Assembly (NCBI RefSeq): GCF_000829315.1
Contig: NZ_AP013028.1
Span: 570,001 to 602,000, forward strand
Direction of reading: 5' to 3'
DNA length: 32,000 nt
DNA from: Wolbachia endosymbiont of Cimex lectularius
GTDB lineage: Bacteria > Pseudomonadota > Alphaproteobacteria > Rickettsiales > Anaplasmataceae
In this document: positions 9,513 to 19,370 of the stretch, piece by piece
Layout: each line of letters begins with the position of its first letter
Numbering within the stretch: the first letter of the stretch is position 1
Notes under the pieces: model-generated
What the model was told of the DNA's origin: nothing
Databases searched by the model: none
Seen by the model: the letters and a program-made list of their open reading frames with translations, nothing else
Program-made: the position numbers and the translations under genes

Positions 9513-10112
9513 ATGGAACAAGATGAAATAAAGTCAGTAGTAGACGAACTGATTAGGGTCATTCCATTTGAGGGGATAAGCGATGAAACCTTATTGAAAG
9601 TGTGCACGGACCTTAACCTAGCCAATAGCTTTTGCAAATTTCAAAATGGAATATACAGTGCTTTGGAGCATATAGCTGAGGACTTAAATAGTTCAATGGA
9701 AGCTGAGCTAATAAACTCCAATTTAGAAGATATGAAAGTGCGGGAGCGAGTAAAATTAGCTGTTCAAATACGCCTCTCAAACTACGCTAAACTACCAAAT
9801 TATAGAGAATTTTTAAAAAATGTTTTACTATTTTCTGTATTGCCAAAGAATACATACTTTTCTAGTAAACTCTTGTACAGAACTGTTAGTGCAATTTGGT
9901 ATGGCATCTACGATCAATCAACAGATTTTAATTACTATACAAAACGGGCAATATTAGCTGGGGTATATTTAAGCACAATGCTTTTCTTTATCAATGACTA
10001 CTCAGAAGGTTTTGCAGATACTCTATCATTTCTTGACAGACGTATCGACAACGTCATGGCATTTCAAAAGTTCAAAACTCGCTTAAAAGGAATTGTGGGA
10101 AGTTTCCTATAG
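9513..10112 (+). CDS. COQ9 family protein
   Basis: VRERVKLAVQIRLSNYA, ISAIWYGIYDQSTDFNYYTKRAILAGVYLSTMLFFINDYSEGFADTLSFLDRRIDNVMAFQKFK resembles the COQ9 domain. Confidence 0.85.
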   Translation: MEQDEIKSVVDELIRVIPFEGISDETLLKVCTDLNLANSFCKFQNGIYSALEHIAEDLNSSMEAELINSNLEDMKVRERVKLAVQIRLSNYAKLPNYREFLKNVLLFSVLPKNTYFSSKLLYRTVSAIWYGIYDQSTDFNYYTKRAILAGVYLSTMLFFINDYSEGFADTLSFLDRRIDNVMAFQKFKTRLKGIVGSFL

Positions 10113-10175
10113 GTTTTTTAAGCTATGTTTTAAAGCCATTTTGGCTTTCTTTAGTTTTTATGTTAAGATAGTAGG

Positions 10176-11516
10176 ATGTTTATCAATGAAAAAATGAAAG
10201 TTATTTGTTATCCTGACCCTAACATTAAACCAGAAAAAGATGCAAAGCACATAATAAACTTTTTTGGGATACTTGGGTGTATTAAGGTTAATGCACTTGG
10301 TAAAGACGAATCCAAAGAGCAAGAAGGTGAATTTAATGTAGTTAGACATTACTTCGACTATCCTTATTTTTCTAGAATTGTCAACCCAAAACTCTTTCAA
10401 AAAGAATTGGACGATGAAGAAAAAAAATTTACTAGAAGGATAGTATCACTATGGTTATGTTTTGCTATATTGTCCACTGCTTCTATTGTGTCGTTATACC
10501 TGGCGTACCAGAATCAAAAATCAAAAAAAGTGCTTACGGGGTTAGCTTGTGCATCAACAGTATTATTAATTTTGGCTACCATATGTTTTATCGTAGTTTT
10601 ATCGTGGGTGTTTTTTGACTTTATTAAGGCAAAGTTTGTTGTACATAGAATTAAAAGCTTCTTGGAAAATGAAGTCAGCCCTGAATGGATAAGGCGTTAT
10701 AAGAAAGAGTTTATAGGTGAGACTTGCGATCAAGAGTTAGAAAAGGATATAGAAGATATTATAGAGTTTCTTTTGGAGAGAAAGAAGATTGTAGCACTGT
10801 ATAACTTTCTAACAAATGGGGAAGAATTAGTCCAAGCTGGAATGGCAATGGTGAACAAGTTGCTTATAGATGGCATACGTCCAGACAACATAGTTTTAGA
10901 TACTAACTCTCTCGGAGGAGGAGTTGCAGCAGAAGTTCTAAAAAGATTTGAAGATCAGGGTATCCATTTGACACTAATTCACAGTAATTCTTTTAGTTCA
11001 CTCAAAGATGCAACTAATAACTTTCCTCATGGAGTAGGGGGCTTTTTCACGAGGTGGCTTCCCGCAAAGTTTTTGAATTTTTGGTTTGGGCGTTGCGGAT
11101 TAGATTTTAATCCACAGAAGGTTGTAGAGAATACGAAATGCCCTGTCTTAATTGCTGGCAGGAGAGGTGATACTGTGATTCCACAAGCAGCACAACTTGT
11201 TAACAAATTTGATGATCTATCCGGAGAAAGGTTAAGAAAAAATATAGTGCTGGAACATAATCCTAATGTTCCTTGTGAGAATAAAAATATTCACACCGAC
11301 CGTAAAGAACATTTAGTTTGTTGTGAGGATAATAAAGGTACAACAAAATACACCAGTTACAAAGAAAAAGAAAATGAATTTATTCAAGAGGCACATGGGT
11401 ATTCAGTTAAACTTAACAGAGAATTTGATCTAGAAAACTACCGTAAGAGTGTTGTTTCCAAAAGTTTGACACAAATAGAATCAAAATTCATAAATGAAGA
11501 GTATATGCAAGTTTAA
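10176..11516 (+). CDS. membrane-anchored alpha/beta-hydrolase-like protein
   Basis: 446 aa; two TM segments (about aa 89-150), then LDTNSLGGGVAAEVLKRF (nucleophile-elbow-like) and CPVLIAGRRGDTVIP (acid-strand-like). Confidence 0.6.
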   Translation: MFINEKMKVICYPDPNIKPEKDAKHIINFFGILGCIKVNALGKDESKEQEGEFNVVRHYFDYPYFSRIVNPKLFQKELDDEEKKFTRRIVSLWLCFAILSTASIVSLYLAYQNQKSKKVLTGLACASTVLLILATICFIVVLSWVFFDFIKAKFVVHRIKSFLENEVSPEWIRRYKKEFIGETCDQELEKDIEDIIEFLLERKKIVALYNFLTNGEELVQAGMAMVNKLLIDGIRPDNIVLDTNSLGGGVAAEVLKRFEDQGIHLTLIHSNSFSSLKDATNNFPHGVGGFFTRWLPAKFLNFWFGRCGLDFNPQKVVENTKCPVLIAGRRGDTVIPQAAQLVNKFDDLSGERLRKNIVLEHNPNVPCENKNIHTDRKEHLVCCEDNKGTTKYTSYKEKENEFIQEAHGYSVKLNREFDLENYRKSVVSKSLTQIESKFINEEYMQV

Positions 11517-12061
11517 GTTGATAGAGAAAGGAAAATTATTCTTGCTATGCCGTAAGTGCGCTCCAAGACTATACTAAAATTTTTATTGCACTGAAAATCT
11601 TCGTTTTTCCTAATCTCTAGAATTATCAATGCATCATCACTTAGCCAGCCTGAGTGAGCTAATCCATCTAAAGTTGAGTGGACCAGATTACTATTGTAAG
11701 GTGGATCTATAAAAACTATGTCGCATTGTGAAATGGGTTTTGGTAATTTGTCAGCGCTGCAGCAAATTAGCGTAATATCGTCCGTAGTTCCAAGATTTCC
11801 TGCCGTTTTCTTAGGCAATTGCAAATTGTAATAGTCTGAATCTACCATGAATGCATGTTTAGCACCGCGGGAAAGTGCTTCAAATGAAAAAGAGCCACTT
11901 CCACAGAATAAATCAAGTACGTTTGAGTTATGAATAGGCTTTTTTGAAAAAAGTGTGTTGAATATTGCTTCCCGGACAACGCCCATGGTAGGCCGTGCGG
12001 CTAAATGCTTACCTGTGGCTATCTTTCTTCCACGATATTTCCCTGCAATAATACGCAGCAT
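11513..12061 (-). CDS. rsmD: 16S rRNA (guanine(966)-N(2))-methyltransferase
   Basis: MLRIIAGKYRGRKI, RPTMGVVREAIFNTL, VLDLFCGSGSFSFEALSRGAKHAFMVD, DIVFIDPPYNS. Confidence 0.96.
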   Translation of the reverse strand: MLRIIAGKYRGRKIATGKHLAARPTMGVVREAIFNTLFSKKPIHNSNVLDLFCGSGSFSFEALSRGAKHAFMVDSDYYNLQLPKKTAGNLGTTDDITLICCSADKLPKPISQCDIVFIDPPYNSNLVHSTLDGLAHSGWLSDDALIILEIRKNEDFQCNKNFSIVLERTYGIARIIFLSLST

Positions 12062-12129
12062 ACTAAATAAGCTCCAAATTAGCTAATTATTTAGTAGTAC
12101 ATGATTAGTGTCAATATAACTTTGGCAGT

Positions 12130-12660
12130 CCAATTCTCACTACACAGAAAGCGAACAGACAACAGTAGAGAAAGGCTACCCAACAGAAACAAAAAAACTA
12201 CTTGACAACCTTCGCCGTTACCCTTACAATGATACTGAAGCTATTTGTTTATCTTCGCAATCTGTGCAGGTTAATGACAAAAAACTTAGGGTATTTGGCG
12301 TCTCATGTTTAAATTTTTGCACTATGTGCACCTTACGTCTTTTTAAAACTTCTGGTTTTTACCTATACAAGCTGAAACGCGCTTATAAGTCGTTTAAGAC
12401 AGTATAGAACGTCAAATAGACAAGGGAGAATTTGAATACTAGCTGCCCTAGAGTTTTTTTGCCCTTTTTCCTGCTTAGTAAATTTCTTAACGTTTACAGT
12501 TTTGGTTATTTACATTTAAAAGTAGCTGAATCGTAGCGCTGAGAATAAAAATGCCGATATTTGAGGTACATATAAATAATTAGCCACCAACCGGGGCTTC
12601 TTTTGCTTTTTTTCTCCATTTTGTAAGTTTCTTAAACATTAAAGCAATTCATGAACGAAC
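12130..12660 (+). repeat. dispersed noncoding repeat, copy B
   Basis: Long alignment with copy C: TTTTTGCACTATGTGCAC...ACGTCTTTTTAAAACTTCTGG...TAAATAATTAGCCACC..CGGGGCTTC. Confidence 0.85.
12202..12230 (+). promoter_or_regulatory. candidate sigma70 promoter in repeat copy B
   Basis: TTGACA (12202-12207), 17-nt spacer, TACAAT (12225-12230). Confidence 0.6.
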
Positions 12661-12783
12661 ATTTATTTTTACAACAAATGGTGTCATTCCAGTGCGTGAC
12701 GCTTGTATTTTTGTGGCTGTACATCAAAGCTCACAGATTATTAATAATCTTACTATAAAATATAATTTTATAAGAGATATGAG

Positions 12784-13021
12784 GTGAGCGTTTCAGATAC
12801 TGAGTTACTTGATGCTGCTAGAAACGGTAATATTGAGAAAGTAAAATATCTGATAAATGAAGGAGCAGATGTTGATACGCGAGATCAAGACTACAGTACT
12901 CCTTTACATTTGGCTGCTTACAATAGCCATACAGATACAGTAGAAGCTCTATTAAACGCAGAAGGAATCAATGTTAATGCGAAAGATAATAATGGATTAA
13001 TTCCTTTACATTTTGCCATTA
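12784..13021 (+). pseudogene. ankyrin-repeat protein fragment, 3' part lost
   Basis: ELLDAARNGNIEKVKYLINEGADVDTRDQDYSTPLHLAAYNSHTDTVEALLNAEGINVNAKDNNGLIPLHFAI, then IS sequence (RTCLKSS). Confidence 0.88.
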
Positions 13022-13882
13022 GAACCTGTTTAAAATCTTCGTAACAGGAGAGAAATGAAGGAGAGGACTATCATCTGTAAGCTAGTGTTGAGCTTCCGCT
13101 CGCAATTTTTCCACAATCGCCTGCACTTTTCTAACCAGGCAAAAGAGCGTTCAACAACCCATCTTTTTGGCAATACGACGAAAGTGTGTAACTCACTTCG
13201 CTTTATTACTTCAACAGTCGCACCAATGATAGCTTTTATTTGTGTTGCAAAATTTTCTCCTGTGTAGCCAGCATCAACCAGTATGTTTTTAACTTCAGAG
13301 AGGTTTGCTTTAGCATTTTCGACCATTTTCACAGCACTGCTACGGTCAGTTGCTTCTGCCGTTGTTACATAAATTGCATGTGGCAAACCTTGTGTATCAA
13401 CTGCAATATGGCGCTTTATCCCTGAAATCTTTTTACCTGCATCATAGCCTTTTTTTTTCAGCAGTATCTGCGTTTTTAACGCTTTGAGAATCAATTATAC
13501 AAAAGCTAGTTTTCTCTTTCCGACCATTGCTGATACGGACCTCTCCAACTAATTTTTTTTAAGACTAATTCCAACAAGCTTGGCTCTTCTCCACTCTTTT
13601 TACTCCACACTCGAAAATAGTAATATACGCTTTCCCATCTTGGAAAACCCTTTGGTAACATCCTCCACTGACAACCACTTTTTAAGACGTACAACACCCC
13701 ACAAAATACGTCATACAAATCAAGTTTTCTTGGTTTTGTTTTCTGCTTGCTACTCTCCAAAATTGGCCTGATTTTTTCAAACTGCTCTTGACTTATATTA
13801 CTTGGATAACTTTTCTGCATAGACACCTCATTATTAATCTATGCTTACTTTACCTCACATTTCCAAGATTTTAAACAGGTTC
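13022..13882 (-). mobile_element. IS5-family insertion sequence (ISWpi1-like), 861 bp
   Basis: Same ends as the 4539 copy; TTA on both sides (13019-13021, 13883-13885); ORF A 13506..13826 and ORF B within 13030..13494. Confidence 0.93.
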
Positions 13883-14356
13883 TTAGACGAAAGTTTATTT
13901 GGCAGCTTATTATCAGACTACTCTGGTACAAAGGTCGAAAAAGACGGACCGGTGTTGTCATTTGGAAGAGTGAATTTTTTCAGGTTTAGTTGTCCACCAA
14001 TTTTGGTTATAGACGTTTGCTTACGCGACCATTATGAACAAGCTTTTAGTAATGATGTATATTGTCTAGATGTAGCAGTACTTGGAGAAACAGAGCCTCA
14101 CACAAAGAATTATAAAGGTATTTATGAAAGAAATCATCAATGGTATAATTTCAAAACACTTTACCCTTTACCACAGAGTTTACTACCAGAAATTAAGTTT
14201 GCCAAAGCAGAGATAGTATTATCGGATAGTTGGAACTTAGGGGAAATAAATGCGTGTTTTCCGGTTACAAGTGTAGAAGAAACAGGGAATAAATTTGTAC
14301 TAGGAAGTGATAGACTATCTGAGCAACGTTGGAATTTAAAGTACGAGCCAATTTTA
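13883..14356 (+). pseudogene. fragment of unidentified protein between two inverted IS copies
   Basis: Open frame within the 13841..14368 ORF (LDESLFGSLLSDYSGTKVEKDG...LSEQRWNLKYEPIL); both listed ends are IS-derived. Confidence 0.55.
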
Positions 14357-15216
14357 GAACCTGTTTAAAATCTTGGAAATGTGAGGTAAAGTAAGCATAG
14401 ATTAATAATGAGGTGTCTATGCAGAAAAGTTATCCAAGTAATATAAGTCAAGAGCAGTTTGAAAAAATCAGGCCAATTTTGGAGAGTAGCAAGCAGAAAA
14501 CAAAACCAAGAAAACTTGATTTGTATGACGTATTTTGTGGGGTGTTGTACGTCTTAAAAAGTGGTTGTCAGTGGAGGATGTTACCAAAGGGTTTTCCAAG
14601 ATGGGAAAGCGTATATTACTATTTTCGAGTGTGGAGTAAAAAGAATGGAGAAGAGCCAAGCTTGTTGGAATTAGTCTTAAAAAAAATTAGTTGGAGAGGT
14701 CCGTATCAGCAATGGTCGGAAAGAGAAAACTAGCTTTTGTATAATTGATTCTCAAAGCGTTAAAAACGCAGATACTGCTGAAAAAAAAGGCTATGATGCA
14801 GGTAAAAAGATTTCAGGGATAAAGCGCCATATTGCAGTTGATACACAAGGTTTGCCACATGCAATTTATGTAACAACGGCAGAAGCAACTGACCGTAGCA
14901 GTGCTGTGAAAATGGTCGAAAATGCTAAAGCAAACCTCTCTGAAGTTAAAAACATACTGGTTGATGCTGGCTACACAGGAGAAAATTTTGCAACACAAAT
15001 AAAAGCTATCATTGGTGCGACTGTTGAAGTAATAAAGCGAAGTGAGTTACACACTTTCGTCGTATTGCCAAAAAGATGGGTTGTTGAACGCTCTTTTGCC
15101 TGGTTAGAAAAGTGCAGGCGATTGTGGAAAAATTGCGAGCGGAAGCTCAACACTAGCTTACAGATGATAGTCCTCTCCTTCATTTCTCTCCTGTTACGAA
15201 GATTTTAAACAGGTTC
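14357..15216 (+). mobile_element. IS5-family insertion sequence (ISWpi1-like), full copy, 860 bp
   Basis: Inverted repeats GAACCTGTTTAAAATCTT; TTA on both sides (14354-14356, 15217-15219); ORFs 14413..14733 and 14852..15208. Confidence 0.93.
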
Positions 15217-15911
15217 TTATATGCAGCAAGATACTGGCTGTTAGATTCTGAATTGGGAATTTGCAAAAGATTTGATGGAATAGCTCCTCCATTATCTTTG
15301 CCAAAGCTACTACCAATATTGTGCCCTGATGGCCGTTCCTTTGGAGTATAATAAGCCTTTGGGTTCTCTATAAGTTTTTTCATCCGGCCACTGTATTCAA
15401 CTAGCACTTTTGTGACATCTGCTTTAGGCCACTCGGTCTTGCTGAACCACCACACAGCATTAACAGAATCTTTTACTCTGATTTTTCTCTTATTGACCCA
15501 TTCAATCGGACTTGGCAATTTAGAGGGATTATACCAATAGAAATCTTCTGCAAGGAAGAAGCCTATATCATCACAAAAATGCATAAGCACCCTAAAATTA
15601 TATAAACTCCTTGATGGCGCGCCTTTTTCATAAGCCCCACCTAAATCAAGCACAAAGCTGCCTGTATCTTTTAGTTTGCTGTGTACTAATTTTGCAAATT
15701 GGCTAAGCCATGAAACATATTCCGTTTGGGATTCATTTCCGTATTCTTTTTTTCTTTGCAAAGCAAACGGTGGACTGGTTATTACGAGATCCAAGCTATT
15801 ATCTGGTAATTGCGGCAATAGGTCAAGCGAGTCTTCACAATATGCAACTCCCATATCTGTAGTATATGTGGGTTTATTATTAAATTTAAAGTTTTCCAAT
15901 ATGTGTACCAT
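15217..15911 (-). pseudogene. site-specific DNA methyltransferase, C-terminally truncated
   Basis: CEDSLDLLPQLPDNSLDLVITSPPFALQRKKEYG (motif IV TSPPF), GSFVLDLGGAY, ENPKAYYTPKERPSGHNIG, IPNSESNSQYL; the expected C-terminal DPFxG segment is missing. Confidence 0.85.
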
Positions 15912-16283
15912 TGGAATTCTTGAATTTTACTGAATTGATTGGTAGTTTTAAGGCACCTGCTACTTAAATTTAGGTGCCCATTAAGTAGTTGGAAATAACA
16001 AACCGGTTCAGTTGCCTACCCCATAAGTTTGGTACTCCCTTTCAATCATAAGGTACCTTGCTGCTTGAAATATTTCCCTTGTAAAATTAAGTTACCTTTT
16101 ACATCAGCTTATTTAAGCTGCACTAGCACGTTTTGGCCTTTTGTAGATGAGTAATTCTCTAGGAATTATCCTATTGAATTCTATGATATTACTTTTTGTA
16201 TCATTGTACTCATTATCATGATAAGGGTGTCGGCGGAGGTTGTCAAGTAGTTTTTTTTGCCAACGCTGAAATTAGTAGGCAGC

Positions 16284-18041
16284 TCAGCTAATAGTCAATA
16301 CATCTTCTATTAAAAATTGTACAAACTCATTGCCATTCCAATAATTCATAGAGATTTTGCCCAAAATAGCTTCAACATTACCCTTCATGATAGCAGAACC
16401 AAGATGAGTATTTGCAGAACGAAACGCAATGGCTCTAACCATAGCATTATCGTCAGCAATGAAGCATTTTATATGGTCAACTCCTATAACTTCAGGCCTC
16501 CTAATCTTTGCTCCTTGGATAATAAACCTCGGCTCAGGATTGCCAACACCAAATGGCTCCAAACGTCGCAGTTGATTCCACAGGGATAAGTTTATTGCCT
16601 TAGCAGTTACTATACCGTCGGCTTTTAAAGCCTTATTATGCGTAAAGTGCGCAAACCTCTCAGTAAAAAAGTCATATAAATCGTTTATTTTGTCTTCCTT
16701 AATCGCAAACCCTGCTGCCATACTATGGCCGCCACCTTCAATAATCAGATTTATAAATTTTGCAGAAAGAACTGCAGCTCCGATATTAATCCCAGGAATT
16801 GACCTGCTGCTTGCTTTTCCTATTCCGTTATTAAAAGATATCACTACTGCCGGCAAGTGAAACCGCTCTTTCAGCCTTGATGCAATTATACCGATTATTC
16901 CCTGATGCCAATTACCGCTTACCATTATAAAATTCGCACCTGATTTCATGGACTTTTCCACTTGTGTTGTGGCTTCTAAAATAGCCTCATTTTCCATCAT
17001 CTTCCTTGCATTATTCAAGTCTATTAATTTTAGCGCGATGGAATGTGCCTCCTCTTCATTGTCTGTAGAAAGCAGCCTTGCGCCAAGAGATGCTTCTCCG
17101 ATTCTTCCTCCAGCATTTATGCATGGCCCAATATTAAAACCCAGCCGGGAAACGCTTGGTTTTTCGAGAATTCCTAAAGCATCAAATAAAACGCGAAAGC
17201 CGACGTTTTTTCTTGCTGACATCACTTTTAATCCTTGTGAGACAAATGCTCTATTGAGGCCAGTGATCTGCATAACATCGCAAACAGTGCCAAGGGCAAC
17301 CAAATCCAGCAGATCAAATAAATCTGGTTCCTTTCTGTTGGTAAAAAATCCCTGTTCACGCAGGTTTTTGTTAAGAGCAACAATTAGCAGAAATGACACT
17401 CCAACTGCTGCAAGGTTAGTATAAGGGGAGCTCTCATCGAGGCGATTTGGATTAACAACTGCTACAGCGCTTGGTAGTTTTTCCGTGCCAAGGTGATGAT
17501 CGATAACTATAATATCAAGACCGAAGTTCTTGGCATCCTCTATCGGTTGATATGCAAGTGTGCCGCAATCAACGGAAATACATAGATCAATACCTTTCTT
17601 TTTAAGTTGCAATAAAGCGTCTGCATTTAATCCATAGCCCTCATTAATACGATCTGGAATGTAAATTATAGAGCGTATACCAATCGTCCTTAGGTATCTG
17701 TTAATTAATGCTGATGACGTTGCACCATCAACGTCGTAGTCACCGAATATTGCTATGTTTTCACCATTATTTATTGCCCGTATTATGCGGCAAACAGCTT
17801 TATCCATGTCAAGAAGATGGAAGGGATCTGGTAATAGCGATCTGATTAGTGGATATAAGAAGTTGCCTGCACTTTCTACATTAACACCGCGAGTAACAAG
17901 TGCCCTAGCTAGTATTTCTGGTAATTCAAATTTTTGAGTAAGGGTTAAAATTTCCCTTTGGTCTGCTTCTTGTAACCTCCATAGTGCATTTGTTATGCTG
18001 CGCTTTTCAATATCAAGTAGCATATTTTGTAAGTAAAACAA
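16284..18041 (-). CDS. recJ: single-stranded-DNA-specific exonuclease RecJ
   Basis: IAIFGDYDVDGATSSALINRYLR, VIDHHLG, GPCINAGGRIGEA, GGHSMAAGFAI. Confidence 0.96.
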   Translation of the reverse strand: MFYLQNMLLDIEKRSITNALWRLQEADQREILTLTQKFELPEILARALVTRGVNVESAGNFLYPLIRSLLPDPFHLLDMDKAVCRIIRAINNGENIAIFGDYDVDGATSSALINRYLRTIGIRSIIYIPDRINEGYGLNADALLQLKKKGIDLCISVDCGTLAYQPIEDAKNFGLDIIVIDHHLGTEKLPSAVAVVNPNRLDESSPYTNLAAVGVSFLLIVALNKNLREQGFFTNRKEPDLFDLLDLVALGTVCDVMQITGLNRAFVSQGLKVMSARKNVGFRVLFDALGILEKPSVSRLGFNIGPCINAGGRIGEASLGARLLSTDNEEEAHSIALKLIDLNNARKMMENEAILEATTQVEKSMKSGANFIMVSGNWHQGIIGIIASRLKERFHLPAVVISFNNGIGKASSRSIPGINIGAAVLSAKFINLIIEGGGHSMAAGFAIKEDKINDLYDFFTERFAHFTHNKALKADGIVTAKAINLSLWNQLRRLEPFGVGNPEPRFIIQGAKIRRPEVIGVDHIKCFIADDNAMVRAIAFRSANTHLGSAIMKGNVEAILGKISMNYWNGNEFVQFLIEDVLTIS

Positions 18042-18182
18042 AACTACTTTACCAGAACTTTTAAACTTGTTCTACAATTGAATTTGCCATTCTTTCGAAG
18101 CGTGGTACAATTCCAGCAAATATCTTGCAGATCCGAAGTAGAAGTGCTATTATGTGCGTTTCAATGAGTATTAGGGGGTTAT

Positions 18183-18734
18183 ATGGGTAGGAAAAGAAAT
18201 TATAGGTCCAAGCTTAACAAGCAAATAGATAGTTTGTATGAATTTCAGCTTGGCGCAAGGATAGTTATAGGGGCTATAGTAGGAGTGGGTGCTGTAGTTG
18301 GAGCGCTTGCAGGATTAGGGCTCAGCTTTACAGCCTTGTCGCCTTTAGTTGCAGGTGGAATTATTGGTGCTATATCTCCAGCTCTGCTAGCGCTCGTAGT
18401 TATAGGGTTGCGCTGTTGCTACCGTGATAAGATCAACAAATTTAAAAAGGAAAAAGGTATTGTAGAAAAAGATGTAATAGTAGCGTTTGTACCGCCTTTT
18501 CTTCTTGCAACAATTGCAAGTGTAGCAGTTGGAGTGGGTCTTGCTGCAACCGCAAATGTTATTCTTCCTGGTGTCTTTGCAACTTGGTGGGCAATAGCAG
18601 CAGGTGCAGGAATAGGCGCTCTTGCACTACCTACAGGAATAGTTACGGGGGTAACTGTTTCGTCAATGTTCGTAGGTAGTATGTATGAATCTATTGTCTC
18701 AGACGAGTATGTAATTGGACCACGGACCGCTTAG
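18183..18734 (+). CDS. hypothetical glycine/alanine-rich multi-pass membrane protein
   Basis: 183 aa; GAIVGVGAVVGALAGLGL and further hydrophobic segments; no family recognised. Confidence 0.7.
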   Translation: MGRKRNYRSKLNKQIDSLYEFQLGARIVIGAIVGVGAVVGALAGLGLSFTALSPLVAGGIIGAISPALLALVVIGLRCCYRDKINKFKKEKGIVEKDVIVAFVPPFLLATIASVAVGVGLAATANVILPGVFATWWAIAAGAGIGALALPTGIVTGVTVSSMFVGSMYESIVSDEYVIGPRTA

Positions 18735-18829
18735 GTAGAACGAAAAGGAGGCCATTTTAAATGTTTGGCAAGCTTCAAGGTAATTGTTTACTGTTTGCGA
18801 AAATATTCGCATAATTTAAACAACATCAA

Positions 18830-19369
18830 TTGATAAAAGTCATGGAGCTTAATAAGATCGCAGCATCAATTTTGCTTTCCGGACTGATTATTGTGACAGT
18901 CAGCAATGTGGTTGATATGCTCTACAGTCCGGAGAAATATAAGATTGAACACCAAACGATAGTAGCTGCTGGCGGTGGCGGACCTCAGCAAAAAATTGAG
19001 CAAGTAGCGCTTGATATCGGAGCGCTCATGCAAAATGCTAGTTTTGAGAAAGGCAAGTCAGCAGCGAAGAAATGTATAGCTTGCCATAGTTTTGAGAAAA
19101 GTGGAGCAAATAAAGTAGGGCCAAACTTATGGAACATAGTTGGAAACAAAAAAGCACACCTTGGCAACTCATTTAATTATTCAAAAGCAGTGCTCGAAAA
19201 GGGCGGAAAGTGGGGATATGAAGAGCTATTTGCCTTCTTGAAGAATCCAAAAGCTTATATAAAAGGTACACGTATGGCGTTTGCAGGTATTTCCAATCCC
19301 CAAGAAATTGCAGATTTAGTCAGCTACTTGCGTCAACTAAGCGATAGCCCCGTTGATTTACCAAAGTAA
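18830..19369 (+). CDS. membrane-anchored c-type cytochrome (cytochrome c2-like)
   Basis: N-terminal TM, AAKKCIACHSFEKSGANKVGPNLWNIVG (CxxCH), GTRMAFAGI with axial Met, ADLVSYLRQL. Confidence 0.93.
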   Translation: MIKVMELNKIAASILLSGLIIVTVSNVVDMLYSPEKYKIEHQTIVAAGGGGPQQKIEQVALDIGALMQNASFEKGKSAAKKCIACHSFEKSGANKVGPNLWNIVGNKKAHLGNSFNYSKAVLEKGGKWGYEELFAFLKNPKAYIKGTRMAFAGISNPQEIADLVSYLRQLSDSPVDLPK

Positions 19370-19370
19370 T

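Noticed and set aside
4650-15183. Antisense ORFs of 61-70 aa repeated within every IS copy
   Set aside because: They are mirror frames of the transposase ORFs and identical between copies only because the IS is conserved.
12784-15911. Possible toxin-antitoxin or restriction-modification island from ankyrin, unknown and methyltransferase genes
   Set aside because: All three are fragments cut by IS elements, with no restriction endonuclease or paired small genes visible.
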